NCBI GenBank assembly: GCA_902623685.1
Contig: CACNUQ010000001.1
Coordinates: 51,667 to 115,666 of the forward strand
Direction: 5' to 3'
Source: an uncultured SAR86 cluster bacterium
Lineage (GTDB): Bacteria; Pseudomonadota; Gammaproteobacteria; Magnimaribacterales; D2472
DNA length: 64,000 nucleotides
Shown here: positions 61,350 to 64,000 of the stretch, one piece after another
Numbering within the stretch: position 1 is the first letter of the stretch
Layout: every line of letters starts with the position of its first letter
The notes under the pieces: generated by a model
Databases searched by the model: none
What the model was told of the DNA's origin: nothing
The model's input: the letters and a program-made list of their open reading frames with translations, nothing else
Program-made: the position numbers and the translations under genes

Positions 61350-62430
61350 ACACTTTCAAAAAATATACTTTGATCCCTATTTATTTTTTAGTCTTTTACT
61401 GCTCTCCGGACTTGGACTTTTCTTTCTTTTTTCCGCCTCAAATGCAGACTTCAGCATCGTCTTGAAGCAATTTGTTTATGTTGTTGCTGGGTTTATTATT
61501 ATGATTTTGATCAGCCAGCCTGATCCAGATATTTTCAGAAGAACTTCAGGGCTTTTTCTTATTTTTTCATTCTTGCTGCTTGGCATCACATACTTGTTTG
61601 GCCCAGAGATTAATGGAGCACAAAGATGGGTTAGGATTGGACCTTTTTCGTTTCAATCATCTGAATTATTAAAGCTTGCAGTCCCGATTTTTTTAGCTAA
61701 TTTTTTATTCAACAAAAAACTTCCAATTCAAAGAAATGAAATATTTCTAAGTTTATTAATTATTTTTTTCTGTTTTTTTATAGTATTTAGACAGCCAGAT
61801 CTTGGAACTGCTTTAATTATTGCTTTCTCCGGACTCTTTGTTCTTTTTCTGTCTGGCTTAAGTTGGACTTTTATGGGAGGGTCCCTTGTATTATTAATAT
61901 TAAGTTCACCCTTTATTTGGAATATTCTTTTGCAACCATTCCAACGACAAAGAATTGCAACGTTTTTCAATCAAGATTCAGATCCATTCGGAGCTAGCTG
62001 GAATATAATTCAGTCCAAAGTTGCAATAGGTTCAGGCGGCCTCTTTGGAAAAGGTTTCGGGGAGGGTTCACAAACACAATTAAACTTTCTTCCAGAAACA
62101 GAAACTGATTTTATTTTCTCTGTCATCGGAGAGGAGTTCGGATTTCTTGGAGTATTATTATTACTAAGTATTTATTTATTTATATTGTTAAGGTGTTTTT
62201 ATTTAGCTTTAAATGCAAGAGATAGATTTTGTAGACTGGTAATTGGAGGACTTACACTAACTTTTGCTGCAAATTTAATTATAAATTTATGCATGGTGGT
62301 AGGACTTCTTCCAGTTGTAGGCATGCCTCTGCCATTTATTAGTAAAGGAGGATCATCTTTAATATCATTATTTTTTGCTTTTGGCATAATTATATCTATG
62401 AGTACCCATAAAAAATTCTTACCTCAATGA
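61342..62430 (+). CDS. rodA: SEDS peptidoglycan glycosyltransferase RodA
   Basis: GAQRW, Q.SE..K, QPDLGT, AIGSGG..GKG, FLPE.ETDFIF...EE.G, G.PLPFIS.GGSS. Confidence 0.95.
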   Translation: MNKHFQKIYFDPYLFFSLLLLSGLGLFFLFSASNADFSIVLKQFVYVVAGFIIMILISQPDPDIFRRTSGLFLIFSFLLLGITYLFGPEINGAQRWVRIGPFSFQSSELLKLAVPIFLANFLFNKKLPIQRNEIFLSLLIIFFCFFIVFRQPDLGTALIIAFSGLFVLFLSGLSWTFMGGSLVLLILSSPFIWNILLQPFQRQRIATFFNQDSDPFGASWNIIQSKVAIGSGGLFGKGFGEGSQTQLNFLPETETDFIFSVIGEEFGFLGVLLLLSIYLFILLRCFYLALNARDRFCRLVIGGLTLTFAANLIINLCMVVGLLPVVGMPLPFISKGGSSLISLFFAFGIIISMSTHKKFLPQ

Positions 62431-63458
62431 AATATTTTTTTTTAGTTTTGCTTTTTTTATCAAATAACATTTTTTCTGATTACTCTAAGCATCCAGATGC
62501 GAAAGAAGTTATTGCAACATTGGTGCGTGATCATGGGTTTGAAAAGAGTTATGTAGTTAAGGTTCTTGAATCTGCAAAGAAACAAGAGAAAATTCTTAAA
62601 TCAATGTCATCTCCAGCAGAATTTACTTGGACTTGGGATAGGTATAAAAAACTTTTTTTAGAGGATAAAAGAATCACAAACGGTAGAAAATTTATTAAAG
62701 AGAATGCTTCTCTTTTTGATCAAGTAGAAAATGAATTTGGTGTGCCAAGAGAAATCATTACCTCAATCTTAGGAATTGAGACTAGGTATGGAAAAATTAA
62801 AGGCAGTTATAGAGTGCTTGATAGCTTAGCGACACTTGGTTTTGATTTTCCAAGGAGATCTAAATTCTTTAAGAGTGAACTTATTCAGTTTTTTATTTTA
62901 ACCAGAGAGAATAATTTAGATATTAATTCAGTCCAGGGATCATATGCTGGAGCCATGGGCTATGGACAATTTATTTCCTCAAGCTATCGAGCATATGCAG
63001 TTGATTATGATGGAGATGGATATGCTGACTTATTTAATTCAGTGCCAGATGCTGTTGCAAGCATTGCAAATTATCTAAAAAAACATGGCTGGAAAAGAGA
63101 TGGCGTAATTGTAAAAAAAGTCCAACTAAATAATGTTAGTAAGACTTATAAACTTGCAAGCAATTCTAAGAAATTTATTCCTCTGCTATTTACAGAGGGA
63201 TACGAAGAAAACTATATTATCCGAGAGGGTGATAGCTTATTGTCAATCGCCATAGACAATAATCTTGAGTTACAGAATTTAATGAGAATAAACAATATCG
63301 AAGATAAAAATCTTATCAAGACTGGTCAAACGATTATTTTAGATAAGCCAAAGGATCTATATTTTATTGGTGATGATAATTTTATTGCTATTACGAAATA
63401 TAATCGCAGTCATTTTTATGCAAAAGCCGTGTATGATTTATCTTTAGAATTTAAGTAA
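62427..63458 (+). CDS. mltB: Lytic murein transglycosylase B family with an internal LysM domain
   Basis: G.ETRYG, LATL.F, GSYAGAMG..QF..SSY..YAVD.DGDG, NF..IT.YN.S..YA.AV; LysM at about 63213-63341. Confidence 0.9.
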   Translation: MKYFFLVLLFLSNNIFSDYSKHPDAKEVIATLVRDHGFEKSYVVKVLESAKKQEKILKSMSSPAEFTWTWDRYKKLFLEDKRITNGRKFIKENASLFDQVENEFGVPREIITSILGIETRYGKIKGSYRVLDSLATLGFDFPRRSKFFKSELIQFFILTRENNLDINSVQGSYAGAMGYGQFISSSYRAYAVDYDGDGYADLFNSVPDAVASIANYLKKHGWKRDGVIVKKVQLNNVSKTYKLASNSKKFIPLLFTEGYEENYIIREGDSLLSIAIDNNLELQNLMRINNIEDKNLIKTGQTIILDKPKDLYFIGDDNFIAITKYNRSHFYAKAVYDLSLEFK

Positions 63459-63468
63459 TGTCCATATA

Positions 63469-64000
63469 ATGAAAAAATTATTTTATATTTTCCTTTTTGC
63501 ACCATTTTGTATTGATGGGTTGGCACAGTCCATGGTTCCAAAGGCTCCTAAATTAAATTTAGACAGTTATATATTGCTTGAGGCAAGCACTAATACTGTA
63601 ATAGCAGAATATAATTCTGATAATCAAATATCTCCAGCAAGTATGACTAAGGTGATGACTGGTTATGTAATTGCCGATCAAATTGCTTCAGGCGCAATAA
63701 CTCTTGACGACAAAGTTTTAATAAGTGAAAAGGCTTGGAAAACTGGTGGATCAAAGATGTTTATTGAGGCAGGTAAGAGGATTTCAGTTCGAGATCTATT
63801 ATCTGGAATAGTCATTCAGTCAGGTAATGATGCTACCGTTGCAATGGCAGAATATGTTGCGGGCTCAGAAGAAGGATTTGTTGATTTTATGAACGCCTAT
63901 GCTTCAGAATTAGGTTTAAGTAACACTTTATTTCAAAATGCTGTTGGTTGGACAGATCCTAATCATTTTTCATCTGCTAAAGATTTGGCAAATATAACAA
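63469..64000 (+). CDS. dacA: D-alanyl-D-alanine carboxypeptidase PBP5/6 (DacA/DacC), 5' part
   Basis: Not in the ORF track (runs off the edge). MKKLFYIFLFAPF...PASMTK (SxxK)...GGSKMFI...QSGNDA (SxN). Confidence 0.92.
   Translation, partial: MKKLFYIFLFAPFCIDGLAQSMVPKAPKLNLDSYILLEASTNTVIAEYNSDNQISPASMTKVMTGYVIADQIASGAITLDDKVLISEKAWKTGGSKMFIEAGKRISVRDLLSGIVIQSGNDATVAMAEYVAGSEEGFVDFMNAYASELGLSNTLFQNAVGWTDPNHFSSAKDLANIT

Noticed and set aside
63458-63469. Mini-ORF ATG-TCC-ATA-TAA between mltB and dacA
   Set aside because: Three codons only; it could aid translational coupling but cannot be told from chance.

Overview
AT-rich, very tightly packed bacterial chromosome segment (GC roughly one-third by eye). 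Gene content and compactness suggest a streamlined marine gammaproteobacterium, SAR86-like; this is inferred and was not checked by a search. Core blocks: anmK-M23-tyrS; coaD-mutM-tolC-parE-parC; argD; PPi-type pfk; mpl; oxyR-katG; rsfS-rlmH-mrdA-rodA-mltB-dacA. Nutrient-scavenging genes: S46 and S9 peptidases, a purple acid phosphatase, a TPP-riboswitch-controlled TBDR-PnuT-kinase thiamine operon, a Fur-boxed FecA-like TBDR, and a GPH transporter/oxidoreductase/GH3 sugar locus. No integrase, transposase, CRISPR array or rRNA gene was seen. Most notable observations: (1) an unannotated tandem pair of similar three-way-junction RNA structures with anti-RBS-like tracts directly after the Fur-boxed receptor (21071-21282), a candidate iron-regulated sRNA system; (2) the two rrn-spacer tRNAs (Ile-GAT, Ala-TGC) downstream of tyrS in spacer order but 16.8 kb apart and with no rRNA; (3) a functionally unexplained operon of a diiron ferritin-like enzyme, a secreted beta-helix protein and a diheme cytochrome c, behind an orphan cobS-cobT pair; (4) three reading frames each broken by one extra base in an A/T homopolymer, either assembly error or slippage.
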